A stretch of 64,000 nt of DNA from Phaeosaccion multiseriatum (lineage: Eukaryota; Protista; Ochrophyta, other classes), in the NCBI GenBank assembly GCA_965112735.1, contig OZ218951.1, positions 2,046,001 through 2,110,000 of the forward strand, read 5' to 3'. The notes under the pieces were generated by a model that saw only the letters and a program-made list of their open reading frames with translations, searched no databases and was not told where the DNA came from. Shown in pieces: positions 14,174 to 27,805 of this stretch. Numbering within the stretch: position 1 is the stretch's first letter; every line of letters starts with the position of its first letter. Made by a program: the position numbers and the translations under genes.

Positions 14174-15606
14174 ATGGGCCCCACCGCGAGTGGGGTGTTT
14201 ATTGCGGGCCTCGGCGTCGCCCAGGCCTTCGTCGGACCTCTGCCTGTGGCGCTGAGAGCCTCAGGCCCAGCAGGAGTAGCAATTGCGGCGCCGACGCGCT
14301 CCTCAATCTCCATGTCAACCGCGGGCGGCAACAGCGGCAGCCTAGGACGCAGAAGAGCTAGAGCTCACAACCCCTGGTCGCCATTCCACTCTCACATGAC
14401 AAGAATGGCCAAGGACACCGCTGACATCGACCCCGAGGCTGAGGTACGAAGGGGAAGAAGAGCGTTATCATCTCCAACCTCTGAGGGGGGGGCTTGGGCG
14501 GGGCAAAGGGTAAAGGAAGTGTGGTGTGCTGTATTGTCCTCTCCGCCAATCCCCTTACTGCTTTACATTCTCCCCCCTCTCCCAGGAACTGTTCAAGGAA
14601 TTCGACACGGACAACTCGGGCGGGGTGGACGTGGAGGAGCTCAGGGCGGGGCTGGAGCGGGACCTTAGAAAAGAGCTCGTGGATATGTGGGAGAAGAAGA
14701 CAGGGTGAGTGTGTGTGTGCATACGTGTTTGGGGCAGGAGAGAGGAGCAGCGCCGGGAGAGAGATAGATGGTTATCGCTTCCGACTTTCTTGCGTCGCCC
14801 CCTGTCTTTAGCTGTACACCCTCCCCCCTCTTCCGCCGCCATTGCCTCCTATTTAAATCTCTCCTCTCTCCTTCTACCTCACCTTCTTTCAAACACCTAC
14901 ACTACTCGGCAACTCTTTGTGCTGTCCGCGCCCCTTACCCCATTTATATCGCCTTATGCCGTCACCTCGCCTCCGCCCTCGTTTTGCATGCCCTCCTCTG
15001 CTCTACCTCCCGTTCGTGCCTGCTTTAGTCACCACCCCACAGACGAAGAGGTGGAGGCTAAGATCAGCGACATGGGAGGCATCTTGCCTCAGGACAATGT
15101 GGAGGAGCTCTTCGCACTTTATGACAAGGACAAGAATGGTGAGTGCTTGCGCTGCTCGCTCAACAGCAAGGCCGTCGTCTCAAATCTGAAAGCAGAGGGT
15201 TGAACCCGTTGATTGGCAAGCAAGCAACCTAACCAAAGTCAAGCTTTTGAGCTCTTCACCTGTGGGGGGGGGGTAGAGCCCTCTCCAAAGTTCGGAAGAG
15301 TGAGGGACGGACGGTCGGGGCGGCGGGAGGGAGGGGGGGAGGGCTGGAGGGGCAAGGGGCTCCGTTTCATGCCGCCACAGAGGAAAGTTAGCTTGGCGGG
15401 CCCAGTCCTCTCTTCGTAGAGTACGCGGGAGGCCCGATGTGTGTGGGTCGAAGGGTCCCATCTTCCCCGTCCTGTAAGGTTTTAGCTCACCACTAACCTC
15501 TTTCCCCTCCCTCTTTCCCTCTCTCTCTTCCTCTCTCTCTCCCTCTCCCTCCCTCTCTCTCTTCCTCTCTCCCTCTCTCCCTCTCTCTCTCTCTCTGTGT
15601 CTCTCT

Positions 15607-15648
<42 letters not shown>

Positions 15649-15796
15649 CTCTCTCTCTCTCTTCTCTCTATGCTTGCGTGGCCCAGGGGTGCTCACTGTG
15701 GACGAGTTCACACGAAAGGAGGAGCTGCAGAACTACCTCGACATTATCCTGCTCAGGGACGGGTACTTCTCCAGAGACCTTATGAGCTACGGTTAG
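14174..15796 (+). CDS. EF-hand calcium-binding protein, probably plastid-targeted
   Basis: Exons 14174-14443, 14586-14704, 15029-15138 and 15687-15796 join in frame. EF loops are DTDNSGGVDVEEL and DKDKNGVLTVDEF. The N-terminus GVFIAGLGVAQA-FVG is followed by a Ser/Arg-rich transit-like segment. Confidence 0.85.
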
Positions 15797-16955
15797 GAAG
15801 GGAAGGAAGGAATGGAGGCATGCTTTCGAGAAGGGGGGCGGAGCTGAGGGTTCCAGGGAGGGGGGGGGGGCTTAGGAGAAGAGAGGGAAACACACTCACG
15901 GAGGCGCTTCGACAACGGCGCCAACTTGAAATAGTCGACGAGGAGAGAAGGAACAATAGCGAGCGATGAGCTGGGGTGGGGTTATTCGGGTGGGGGAGGG
16001 AGGGGAGGGGCGTGCTCCGTCGTCTCGACGTGTGTGAAAAGGGTATATAGAACTTCGGCGAGTATCAGTGGCCAGGCAGTATTAAAACAAAAAATGAATG
16101 GACAGAAGCGATACAAGTGTAACTAATAGCCCCCTCTAAATGAGGAGAAGGCGGATGTTGGGGCAGTAAGGATTTGCGCTCTCTGTAGTGGCTGGGAGGT
16201 GGGTCTCTCTCTCTCTCCTGAACTAGGCACACTTGATTCATTAGAATGAAGCGGGAGGGAAGGGGAAAAACCTATCACCTCTGCCACACCACACCACACC
16301 ACTCCACACCCTCTATGCACTTTCTTGTCACTGCACCACTAAGCTGCTGTAAGCAACGTATTGTGACTACCTTGTGACTACAGTCCCCGCCACTTCAAAG
16401 CCGTGAACCGAAAGCACGTTGGGTCTTCGGTAGCGGGATGTGCGTGCGTGTGTTATTCCTCCAAGGAAATACCCACTCAGGTCACTCAAGTCGCAGTGTA
16501 CCGCTCTCCTCGGCATCGGGTCCTACAAAATTGGGGCCATCTCCGAAGCCTCGGCCCCAGCCTTCGAGCTTCCTCTTATCGCCCCATATCGTACCCGATT
16601 GATACACTTCCCCGACTACGTCACCACACAGGGATTCCACGCTGACATGGAGACAGATAGCTTGCCCGCAATGTCTCGGCCTGGCTGCTGCCTCTCCATC
16701 TCTCCCCCCCCCCTAGCTGTACAAGCTTGCCTGCCGCCCAAAAACACGTTCCGCGGTTTCATCGAAGACTTTGCTGCCTTTTCCAACGTAATCATACGCC
16801 CCCCTCCCTTCCTCCCTCCCTCCACGCCCCAAAGGCTTCCCATAGACTTCACTGGGCAATGCTCCATGCACCCCACCTCGTCCGTTGACAAGAAGCCCAT
16901 CATCCCCCCCCTGATCAGGACTTGCGCGCAGCTTCTTCTTCCGTCCACACATTCC

Positions 16956-17876
16956 TCAGTCCTCGCAGTGGCAGGGGTGTCCATTCGCGTGCACCCACCG
17001 CTTGATGGTCTGAAAGACCCCATTCCTGCCCCCGTCCCACATCCCCTGGCTTAGCAGCACCTCCGGGCAAACGCGCATGTCCCACGGGCACATGACGCCC
17101 TCGGATCGCAGCCACTTGAGCACGGCGAGGCTCTTTGCATACTCGACCGCATTGGCACACACATCCCTGTCCCAATCGCACAGCTCACGAGCGTTCTTAT
17201 GCAGCCAGCGCAGAGCCCCCAGGCGCCCCCCCATGGCAGCAGGAATAGGGCCCCGCCGCCACTTGCCGCCTTCCACTGCCGCGTCGAGCTCAGGCCTGAC
17301 CCTGGGGTGAGTCAGAAGCATCTCCAGTACATTGATATGTCCCCCCCGCGCAGCCCATGCCCAGATCCCCTCGTCGAACGGAGCCTTCGCCTCCAGCAGC
17401 CACGTGAGCATAGCCACGTTCCCTCTGGACGCCACATCGTGGCAAGTCCCCTCGTTCCATGGGCACGCGCGTTTGTCCGGCAGCTCTTCGGAGCGGAGCC
17501 ACTTGAGAACACTCAGGCCGTGCTTGATATTCTGGGCAGCAGACTGACAGACATCCTCGTTCCAGGCGCAGTTGTGGCGATGGAGGGCTTGGCAAATGCT
17601 CACATCTCCGTATCTCGCCGCCACTCCGAACGTAGCGGCGCTCAGTTTCACATATCCGTGCTTAACGGCCCAGTTGAGGCACTCCACAGACCCGAAGATG
17701 CTATGAGGAACAGATGTTTCCAACGCGGGATGGGCGGTACTGTACAGCCTCCTCCAATCCTTGCTGACTGCTGCCACAAAGATGTGATGCCCCTTCCCCA
17801 CAATGCCCATGGCCTTTAGCATTGGTTCATCCAGAGCCAAGAACATGGAAAGGGGGGAAGGCATCCCCATGGTCAC
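16956..17876 (-). CDS. Intronless F-box-like plus ankyrin-like repeat protein ('HANGHPCxCED' family)
   Basis: 306-aa ORF with N-terminal LALDEPMLKAMGIVGKGHHIFVAAVSKDWRRLY, repeated W(N/D)E..C..AA..G.L..L.WL....CPW units of the algal/giant-virus ankyrin-like type, and C-terminal WVHANGHPCHCED. Confidence 0.85.
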   Translation of the reverse strand: MTMGMPSPLSMFLALDEPMLKAMGIVGKGHHIFVAAVSKDWRRLYSTAHPALETSVPHSIFGSVECLNWAVKHGYVKLSAATFGVAARYGDVSICQALHRHNCAWNEDVCQSAAQNIKHGLSVLKWLRSEELPDKRACPWNEGTCHDVASRGNVAMLTWLLEAKAPFDEGIWAWAARGGHINVLEMLLTHPRVRPELDAAVEGGKWRRGPIPAAMGGRLGALRWLHKNARELCDWDRDVCANAVEYAKSLAVLKWLRSEGVMCPWDMRVCPEVLLSQGMWDGGRNGVFQTIKRWVHANGHPCHCED

Positions 17877-18061
17877 CAGAGAGAGTATAAGAGTATAAGA
17901 GCGGCCAGGGTAAGTGCACGGGGCGGCCCGGCCCGTGTATCAATTGGATATCTCAATTGAAGGGTACCTACAGATGGCGACGGACTCGGACTCGTGTACG
18001 AATACGATGACCATCAAGAGCGGGCATTCCCCCTTTTGCATGCACATTGCATTGCACCACC

Positions 18062-21000
18062 ATGGAGCTGCTAGATGAGGAGGTGGTCGCCTTTATGGAG
18101 AAACACTCTATCCCGCTTACATCCATGCCCCATGCCCTCGCACTCATCCGCAAGGAGCAGACCCAACAAGGCGGGCAGGACAACGCTGAAGGTGGTGGTG
18201 CTGCTGCTGTTGCTGCTCTCCATCATGGGGAAGGCGAGGAGGATGGCCACCAGTGGAGACGCTTTCTCCGAGTCCGGCCGGGACACATTGCCCATCAGCT
18301 CATGCGGCAAATCGAGGAGAAGGAGGGGACGAGCCGCAGCAGTGCTGGAGCAGACAGTGGTTGCAGCCCCACGAGACGAGATGCCCGTGGCTCGAGGGGG
18401 GTGGAGCTCGTTCCGTGGATGAATGGGAGGCCATCATCAGGTGCGTCGTGTCAGCAAAGTATATTCGTCAGGCAACATCCATCCATCCGTCCATCTAACC
18501 TAATACATCGAACCTAATGCAATACATACCCATGGAATAACGTGGAAATGACCGCAGGAGGCACATGGATCAGTGTGCCGCACGCATGGAAGGTGCACGG
18601 CTGGGGACCGCATACGGACGGGAGCGTCTTCGCCATGGACGCCAGCTCGGGCTATGCCGTTCTGGCGCTCGACCCAGGCCCCAGAGACCACGTGCTAGAC
18701 CTATGTTGCTGCCCCGGGGGAAAGATCATCATGATCAAGGACGTTATGGAGCACAAGAGGCAACTCTGGTGGCGGCGGCAGCAGCAGCAGCAGCAGCAAG
18801 AAGAGGAGAAAGGGTATGGGGGGGAGAATGACGACGACGACGACGACGAGGAGGAGGAGGAGGAGGAGGAGGAGGAGGAGGAGGAGGAGGAGGAAGGAAA
18901 GAAGAAGAGGAAGAGCCGTCAGCAGCCGCCCACTCATGGACAAAGAAGAAGGCCAGGGCTCAGGCGGCCTCTCCCTGCTGCTTGGAAGTGGGGCAGCGTG
19001 ACAGGGGTTGACGTGTCGGAGGAGCGACTGAACCTGTGTCGGAAGCTCCTGGCCAAGGCTACGGCGGGGGATGCGTCCGTGTGGGCATCGGCATCGACAG
19101 TGGGACCTACCACCTCGATCGGCGCCGCCGGAGGAGTGGGAATGGGAGGAGGAGGAGGAGGAGGAGAAGGAGGAGGAGGAGGAGGAGGAGGAGGAGGAGG
19201 AGGAGGAGGAGGAGGAGGAGGAGGAGGAAGAGGTGGAGAAGGAGGTGGACGAGGAGGTGTGTGTGTCCAGCAAGGCACGGACAAGAGCTCGAGAGATGTG
19301 TCTCCGAGGGTGCCACCCCTCACGTGCCGTCTTTTTCACGCGGACGGTCAGACCTTTGGGCGTGCAGAGAGGAACGATGAGGCGGAACAAAGACAAGCGC
19401 ATGAGCGGGAAGGACAAGCGACAGATGAAAGTCAAAGTACGGCCGGGCGTGGCAAGGGGCAGCGAGACCCTGGAGGAGGCATGAGAGTATGGAAGGGCGG
19501 TGAACATTCCGTGGGGTGTGAGCCTGGCCGGAGAGAGCGAGAGCGTCTCGTGTACCACTCCGCAGCCACCGACGAAGGAGCCGCTTGGAGAGAAGGGAGG
19601 GAGGCACCACTGGCAGCACGAGGAGGAGCGAAGAAGATGAATAAGAGCGCACGAGAGCGAGAGAAGAAGAGACTGAGGGCTCTCACCGCTGCTGCTGCTG
19701 CTGCTGCTGCTGCTGCGTATCGGAGGGGGAAGAGCAAGACAGGGAAGGAATGTTCAGCTGCTGAAACGGAGGAGGCGACGACGGGGCGAAGAGAGCAAGA
19801 GGGTGTCGTTGGAGCAGCTCAGGAAGGCGAGCTGCCCAGTGTGGTAGGGGACGGAGGGAGTGGCGAGGAGGAGGAGGAGGAGGAGGAGGAGGAGGAGGAG
19901 GAGGAGGAGGAGGAGGAGGAGAAAGGGGGGTATGGAGGCGTCGAGGCATGGCCTGTCGAGTACGATCGCGTGCTGGTGGATGCGGAGTGCACGCACGACG
20001 GCTCCATCCGACACATGGCCAAGGTGCTGGAGCAGTTGGTGATACCGCCGCAGCAGGGGGGGGTAGAGAGGGCTAGGGAGAGGGAGGAGGAGGGGGACGG
20101 GGAGGGGGAGGGGGAGGTGTTGGAGGAGGAGGAGGAGGAGGCAGGAATGCAGCTTCGGAAACCGCTGCCCCATGTGGCTAAAGGCAGGCGCTCCTTCATG
20201 TGCAGCGAGCGAGTGGAGGGCCTGCAGGCCCTGCAGAGGGGCTTGATCAGGTTGGAGGAGGCTTGCTCTACTCTGCTCTGCTCCACTCTGCTCTGCTCTA
20301 CTGTACTATCCTCTCTCTCTACTCTCTCTGCTCTACTCTACTCTGCGCTGCTCTACTCTGCTCTGTGTGTGCTCTGCTCTACTCTACTCTGCTCTTGGCT
20401 CTACTGAGCGGCTCGGCTCTTCCATGGGTAACTGTTAACTGTGGACTGAGGGGTGGGAGCTCAGCTCGGTGCTTGTTGCGGAGCAGAGCATGCCGATGAC
20501 GGTCGTCACCAATCGGGCCCCTACCGCCCACATCCACTCGCTCAACCTCTCCCCTCTCGCTCCCTCACAAATGGCAGGAACGGTTTCTCCCTGCTGAAAG
20601 AGGGCGGTGTGCTTGTGTACAGCACCTGCAGCCTCAGCCCCCTCCAGAACGACGACGTTGTGGAGTGGCTGCTCGACACGTGTCCAGAGGCGCGCCTCCT
20701 TCATGCCAGTGAGGGCAGTGGTGGTGAGGGCAGTGGTGGTGATGGTGAGGAGGAGGAGGGGGAGGAGGACCACAAGGAGGAGAGGGATCACGGTACCATC
20801 CCAGAAACCAATGGCGGCGCCTCTGAAGGCAGGAGTACGAGGGATGGTGGCAACACCAACAACGATAACCACATCAGGAACGAGAAGAAGAAGAACAACG
20901 GGGGTGGAGACGAGAGCGAGGGCTGCAGGGCTGCCACGTGGGGCCATCGGTACCCGGACCAGTCAGCAAGGAGAGCCCCGTTCCGGCCCGGGCGGCTGCT

Positions 21001-21127
21001 GAAGACCGTCCAGTTCTCACCCGACCTCGGTACCAGCGCTCTCTTCGTCGCTAAGCTCACTAAGGCGTCGGTGGAGGGGGGGGGTGTGCAGCCGCAGCCG
21101 CGGGCATATGGGCAGGCAGGGCCGTAG
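18062..21127 (+). CDS. NSUN/RsmB/NOP2-family RNA cytosine-C5 methyltransferase
   Basis: Exons 18062-18440, 18558-20250 and 20578-21127 (more internal introns possible). Motifs: MDASSGYAVLAL, VLDLCCCPGGK (motif I), YDRVLVDAECTHDG (motif IV), LLKEGGVLVYSTCSLSPLQND (motif VI), and LFVAKL at the end. Confidence 0.9.
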
Positions 21128-21667
21128 GAGCAGCAGCAGAGTTGTTGGTATGCTTTTTTTTTATACCCACGTGACGATTCTCTTGTCGCTGAGTACTTTC
21201 CTACGACTCGCTGCAATAATCCCTGCTGCCCTTGCCCAAGCAATGCCTCACTGGTGACACTGGCGCCTTCCCCCGTCCATAGCACCACATGGGCCACCCC
21301 GCTCACAGGGAGAAAAGTGTGGACAAGAGAGACAGAGATAGAGGGAGGGAGAGAGAGCTGAGAGAGAGAGAGAGCTTGGAGAGAGCGAGCGAGAGAGAGA
21401 GAGAGAGCTTGTCCATCGGAGACTGCCGTGCTGCCCCCCGACCTCTTCTCTCTGTCTCTCCCGACTACCCACTCTGCTAGCAGCCCAATCACGGCCTCTC
21501 ACAAAGACTAATTAGTGCATGTCCACCATTCCCCACCCTCCAGGGACTCGACTTGGCCAGCCTCTCTGCAGCCCGTCGCCTCCTCCTCTGACGAGAGCAC
21601 ATCCATCACCATACATTTGTAAACAGACTGCGCCCCTCTTCTTTTTTCACGTCCACGCATTCCTTTC

Positions 21668-22602
21668 TCAGTCCTCGCAGTGGCAGGGGTGGCCGTTGGC
21701 GTGCACCCACTGCTTCATCTCCTGAAAGGCTTTGTTCCGCCCCCCCTTCCACCTATCCGTATTTATCAGCAGCTCAGGGCAGGAGAACTGGTCCCAAGGA
21801 CACATGATGCTCTCGGATCGGAGCAGCTGCAAGGTTTCCAGTCCGTGGCATTGGACAGCCGCGTGACAAACGTCCCTGGTCCAATCGCACAGATCACGGG
21901 CGTTTGCATTCAACCAGCGCAGCGCATCCGACCTAGCCTTTGCCGCTGCCCAATTGGCCCCCCTTCGCCACTTGCTCCATATACCTCCGCCGCTTCCAGC
22001 TCAGGCCTGACCCTAGGGTGATGCAGAAGCATCTCCAGCACTTTGATATGCCCTCCTCGCGCAGCCCACCCCCAAACAAAGTGATCGAATGGGGCGTCCT
22101 CGTCCAGCAGCCACGTGAGCGTTTCCAAGTCCCCTCGTTCTGCAGCAAAAGCGCAAGCTTTCTCGCCCCACGGACACGGTCTTTTGTCAGGCAGGTCCGA
22201 TCGGAGCCACTTGACAATGCTCGGACCTTGCTCGGGATTGCGTACAGCAAGTTCGCACACTCCCTCATCCCATGGACAGCCGTGGTGATGGAGGGCTCTG
22301 CAGATGCGCACATCTCCCCACCCGGCTGCAGCTCTGAATGTCCAAGTGCTTAGCGGAAGGCCTTGCCTGACGGCCCAGTTGAGGCACTCCACAGACCCCA
22401 GCACGCTGTGGTGACGAGCAGATGTTTTCAGCCCGGGATAAGCGGCGGTGTACAGCCTCCTCCAATCCTTGCTCGCCCCAGCGACGAAGACGTGATGCCC
22501 TTCGCCCACACTGGCCAGGACCTTCAGCATTATGTCCTCCAGCGCCAGCACTTTGGCACGCGGCGAAGGCTCCTCCAGCCGCCTGGTGCTCTCCTGGGCC
22601 AT
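21668..22602 (-). pseudogene. 'HANGHPCxCED' ankyrin-like family copy with one frameshift near 21915-21960
   Basis: ORF 22602-21910 is homologous to the 16956 copy, and the C-terminus (NARDLCDWTRDVC...QWVHANGHPCHCED) lies in another frame at 21668-21913. This is either a pseudogene or a sequencing indel. Confidence 0.75.
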
Positions 22603-22950
22603 GGTGAGAGCAAAAGGTGGAAGACAGTATTAAAAAGAGGGGCAGTGGGTGACTGGGGGGGGGGGGGGGATTCGATTTTGCGATTTTGTTGAGTGACAAA
22701 TCGCGACGCTCCAGCACCAACTGCCCCTTCAACTTCCCCGATCTTCAATGTTCATCGCCACGTCAAGATATGCGCAGGGAAGAGCAGAGATAAACATTTG
22801 CAGGCAGGCCTGTGCTGACGAAGGGAGAGCTGTGGCCGAGCAAAGCGACCTCCCCCCCACTATATAGCTGTCGGCACGCTTGTGGACTTGAGAAAGATCT
22901 GAAAGACGCCTTGAGGCCTTGAGGAACTCGCCTTGTCTCCTTCGCCCTTC

Positions 22951-24442
22951 ATGACGGAAGGCTGTGCAGCAGTAGTCTCTCCCGTTGACGGATCCTTGGT
23001 GCTGACCGTCTTCTCAGACTGGTACGGCTTCTCCGCCGCTACTGCCCTCGATACGAACACCTGCGCCGAACAGGAAGATGGTGAAGATACCAGTAGTGGG
23101 AGGAATGCGTTGCCGGGCAAGACGCTGTGGGGCGTGTGCCGAGCGCTGGAGGCCATCACTACACGGCGTGTGATCCTGGATAAGCGCATGCATGAAGACG
23201 TGCTCTTCTCGTTGCTGGCCTCGTGCCGGTCGAAGCGCTTCGTCTTTGTGGGTGTGGTTATTGGTAGCAGCAGCTCGATCGGCGATGACAAGGGGACAGT
23301 GGAAAAGACGAGCGGTGTTGGTACGTGGAAGGAGTCGATCGGGACGATCAACCACGTCTTGCGGCGCCTACCTCCCTTCAAAACGCTCGCTGTGCGGGCA
23401 TGTGACTTCAACCAGGTACGGTCTCTTTCAAACTCCTTCGCACCACCTTAGTAAGTAAAGCAAGCCCCCTTTCCCCTTCTTCAGCTACAATACCCCAGTC
23501 TTGTGTCTCACAGTCTCAACCCGTGTCATCAACTCCCCTCCCCCCGTCACAATAGCCGCTGCGCTTGCCCAAGCACGGAAAGCTGGAGGTGCTTCACTTC
23601 GCCAAATGGGTAAGTCAGCGGCACGTCCAGTACTGAGAGTAGCAGCGGGTATAGAAAACAGCGCAGTGGGCTCACATGATATGTTGATGAGGCGAAGCTG
23701 GCTGAATCATATGACTCGCTGCAGTCGATGCATCACAGTGTGCTTTTGCGTCCCTGCTCTGCCCCATTCCACTAACGCCCCCCTCCTCTCCTCCTCTTCA
23801 ATTTTGCTGGTGTTCGGCGATTCGCCTCGTTTTGGTTGTTTGTGTGTGTGTGTGGCGTATGTGTTTGCGTTCCAACAGTGCCACTTCAACCAAGACATCG
23901 TGCTGCCCCCTGGCCTGAAGGACGTTGTGTTCTCTACATCCTTCAACCGCTCACTGTTGCGAGTAGAGGTTCCTGTGCCGGACGCACTGGCGACCGTCGT
24001 GGAAGACCATAGCGATGAGCCCGACTGCTCTTCCTCCTCCGAAGAGAGAGAGGAGGAGGAGGAGGAGGAGGAGGAGGAGGAGGAGAAGCAAAGTGAGGCG
24101 GCGGCGGGATCGAGGAGTGTCTCTACAGGGAAGAGCGAGGAGGAAGAGGACGGAGCTCACGGGCAGCAAGGCGGGGCTTCCAAAGGAGGAGCAACAGCGG
24201 AAGGACGGGCTGCTGGTGCTGCCGCTCCTGCTGGCCCTGGAGGAGGGGTGGAGAAGGCTGAAGAGGGAGGCGGTGGGGAGGCCCCACAGAGAGTCGTGCT
24301 CCGAGGCGGGCTGCCGTCGAGTCTGCGCAGGATTCACTTCGGTCAGTGGAGGGGAGGGAAGGGAAGTTTGTGTGGAGAGGCACAGAGTTTGGAGCGTATT
24401 TATTTGTATTGTAGAGCCGTAGCAATGGTGCCAATAGTGAAA

Positions 24443-24484
<42 letters not shown>

Positions 24485-25767
24485 ATGTATGCATGCATAT
24501 ATGCATGTATGTATGTCTGTATGTCTGCCTGTCTGTCTATCTGCCTTTCTTTCTCAGCTCGTCCTTCCGCGAGGACTACTGGGACCCACCCCATTCCAAC
24601 CCTCTCAACTCCACCCCACTCCCGCTCCCACTCTTCGTCCATGCCACGCCACCCAAACCCCACACCGGCTCCCTCTCTTTGGCGACAACTGACGACGACA
24701 ACAGGTGACTACTACAACCAAGACACTGAGCTGCCCCCCGCAGTGGTGGACGCTCACTTCGGGATGGCCTTTGACCGCCCAATCGAGCTTCCCTCAGGGC
24801 TGAGGAAGGCCTCGTTCGGCCTCTGTTTCGAACAAGAACTGCACCTTCCCGTGCTGCTCGAGGAATTGCGCCTTGGCCACCGCTACAACAAGTGTGTATG
24901 TGTATGTGTATGTGTATGCGTGTGTATGTGTGTGTGTATGTATATGTGTATGTGTATGTGTGTGCATGTGCCTGTGCCGTGTGTACCTGCGTGTGTTTTG
25001 GTGTCATTTCTTGCGTACTCTATTTATTTGTTTTTAGACAACAATATAGACCGTGTGCAGCCACCCCACTGACTGAAAAAAACCCTACTTCGTCCCTCCC
25101 TCCTGCTCTGTGACACAAATGACACCACAGACCGCTGGCGCTGCCCCCCGGGCTCAAGATTCTCCGGCTCGGACATTCGTACAACCAACCCTTCGCGCGC
25201 TACCGACCAAGGACGGAGCAGGAAGCTGACTTGGTGGACAAGCTTTACCAGCAACAAGAAGAGGCGCAGCAGCGGTTGGTGATACAGCCTCAGTCGCCAT
25301 GCCAATGGTCACAGGAGGAAGATCTTCATGAGTACGTCAGCGGCGACGTCGAGGACAGGCTGGCAGGAGGGCGGGGAGGAGCAAGCGAGGAGCGTGTGCG
25401 CTTCCCTTCAGCAGCCAGTCCCTCAACAACCTCAGGCGGCGGCTCCTCCTCCCCCTCCCCCTCGGTAGCCTCCTCCTTGCTCCCTCGTAAGCTGCCTCCT
25501 CCTTTGCTCTTACCACGCGGGCTGGAGGAGATTTATTTCGGCTTCTCTTTCAACCAGATCGTCGAGCTACCCTCCTCCCTTCGTGTGTGCGTGTTCGGGG
25601 ATCGGTTCAACAGGAACATTGCCCTCCCAAACGGTCTGACAGATGTGGTGTATGGATTCAGTTACGGCAAGGTGATGCGATTGCCGGCCGAGGCGAGGGA
25701 TGTGTGTGAGGAGGAGATTGCGGACGACTTGGTGTGGCGGATGCGGCGGCTGAGGATCAAGTACTGA
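22951..25767 (+). CDS. FNIP-repeat (LRR-like) protein
   Basis: Repeated units FNQDIVLPPGLKDVVFSTSFN, FDRPIELPSGLRKASFG, FNQIVELPSSLRVCVFGDRFNRNIALPNGL and YNQ/YNK fit the FNIP consensus FN.pl....LP.sL..L.fG..FN. About five GT-AG exons: 22951-23415, ~23556-23608, ~23879-24341, ~24705-24891, ~25131-25767. Confidence 0.85.
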
Positions 25768-26471
25768 CGGAGCGGAGGGAGGGAGGGAGGGCGGGAGGAA
25801 GGGAAGGAAGGAGGGAAGGAGGGAGAGGGCGGAGGGGAGGGGAGGGGAGAGGTGGGAGGGGGACGGAGGGGTAAGGGGAGGGAAGAGGATAAGTGAAACT
25901 TCTCAAAAGAGTCTGCTTTTGTCGCTTATACGTTGTTTATTGTTTTTTTTTTGGTATACATATTACTGGTATCGTACAATATACATTTGATTGCATCGCA
26001 CCTTCAGGAGGTTGCATCGCCTTGAGCCTCTCCCTCCCTCCCTCCCTCCCCACTCCCCTCCCTACTGGCTGGCGGGCTACTGTTCATTTGGCCGCACAGT
26101 TAGCTCGGTGGGGGCGTCACTTCGCTCCCTCTGACTGCTGCTTTTAGGGGCACATTTCCCCTTCCGTCCTCGTCCTCCCTCCTCTATCCTCCTCTCCCCC
26201 TCGCTCTCCTTGCCGCTCTCCCTCCCTCCCTCCCTTCCTTCCTTCCTTCTTCTTTGTACATGCGGTAAGGAGAGTCAGACCCTCGCGCTCTCCTCTTCCT
26301 CGCCCTCCTCCCTCGTCTCCGTAGCTCTTCCAGCCAGCTCCTTCACTTCCTCAAACGTCTTCTCTTTTCCCTCCTCCACCCCCTCCACCGTCTGATGCTC
26401 CTCCTCTTCGTCCTCCTCCTCCTTGGCGCTCCTCTCTACTACTACTCCTCCTCCACCACGGCATCGTCCTC

Positions 26472-27019
26472 CTACACCTCCTCCTCCTCCTCCACCTTCT
26501 CCTCTTCCTTGGCAACCCCCTTGGCATCCCCCTCTACCTCCTCCGCCTTCTCCTCCCCCTCACACCCCTCCTCTACATCCTCCTCCTCTACCTCCTCCTC
26601 CCTTTCCTCCCCCCCCCCCTCCTCCTCCTCCTCCTCCTCCTCCTCCTCCTCCTCCTCCTCCTCCTCCTCCTCCTCCTCCTCCTCCTTCTCCACCTCCACC
26701 TCTCTCCCCCCTCTCTGCTCATGCTCATCCTCCCTCTCGTAGAAGACCTTTCGTGTATCGCGGCGTCAGAGCAATGAGATGGGCGGGCAGCGTCAGTTCG
26801 CAGTTAGAGGTATAGAGGCAAGGCAGCAGAGCGGCCAGAAGGCTACCGGACAGGGATTAAAGAAGAGGAGAGAGCGATGTGTACCTCCCTCCGTCCTGCC
26901 TCCCCTCTCACGCGTCTATCCTCTTTTTCTCGCACCCCCGCCCTCCCCCGCCGCACACACACACACGCACGAACACGCACGCACACACACGCACGCACAC
27001 ACACACAAACACACACGCG

Positions 27020-27053
<34 letters not shown>

Positions 27054-27767
27054 AACACACACGCACACGCACGCACGCACACACACGCACGCACACACAC
27101 ACACGCGCGCACACACTCGCATGCTCGGAGACCTTGGGGAAAACATAAAGGAAAAGTTTACGTTTCGGACCACATGATCGTTCTTTCTCACCATGTACGC
27201 TTGGGCCTTCTTGACCTCGTCGGGCCCAACATGCCTCAGCACGGAGTCGCTGTGATACACCCACCCCTTGGCGCCGCGGCAGTAAGCGAAGTAGTGCCCG
27301 CCTCTACCAGAGCCCTACACGTGTGTAACGGCAATCGCAGTGAAACGGTACATTCGTTCGTGGTCACAGACGATGGAAGACACACGTTGTAAGAGAAAAG
27401 AGAGGGGGTGAGGTGAGGTGTGGTGAGGTGAGGTGAGGTGAAGTAAGGTGAGGTGAGGTGAGGTGAGGTGAGGTGAGGTGAGAGACGTGAGTACTGCTTT
27501 GCATTGCATGCACGTTGGCGCGCGAAGGATGAAGCGTGTCTCTCTCTCTCGAGTGTGTGTGTGTGTGTGTGTGTGCGTGTGTGTGTGCCTCACTCACCGA
27601 GTGGACAGTCATGCCGTAGAGGCGGTACCAGCAAGGTGCAGGACAAGCCTCGGAAACCCCTCCCGCTGTATCACCAACTTCCCCTGCTGCTGCTCCTTTC
27701 TCGCAATTGTCATCGTTGTCGCCTCCCGTGCGCTCCTCCCCCACCGACTTGATGACCACCTCCCCCC

Positions 27768-27805
<38 letters not shown>

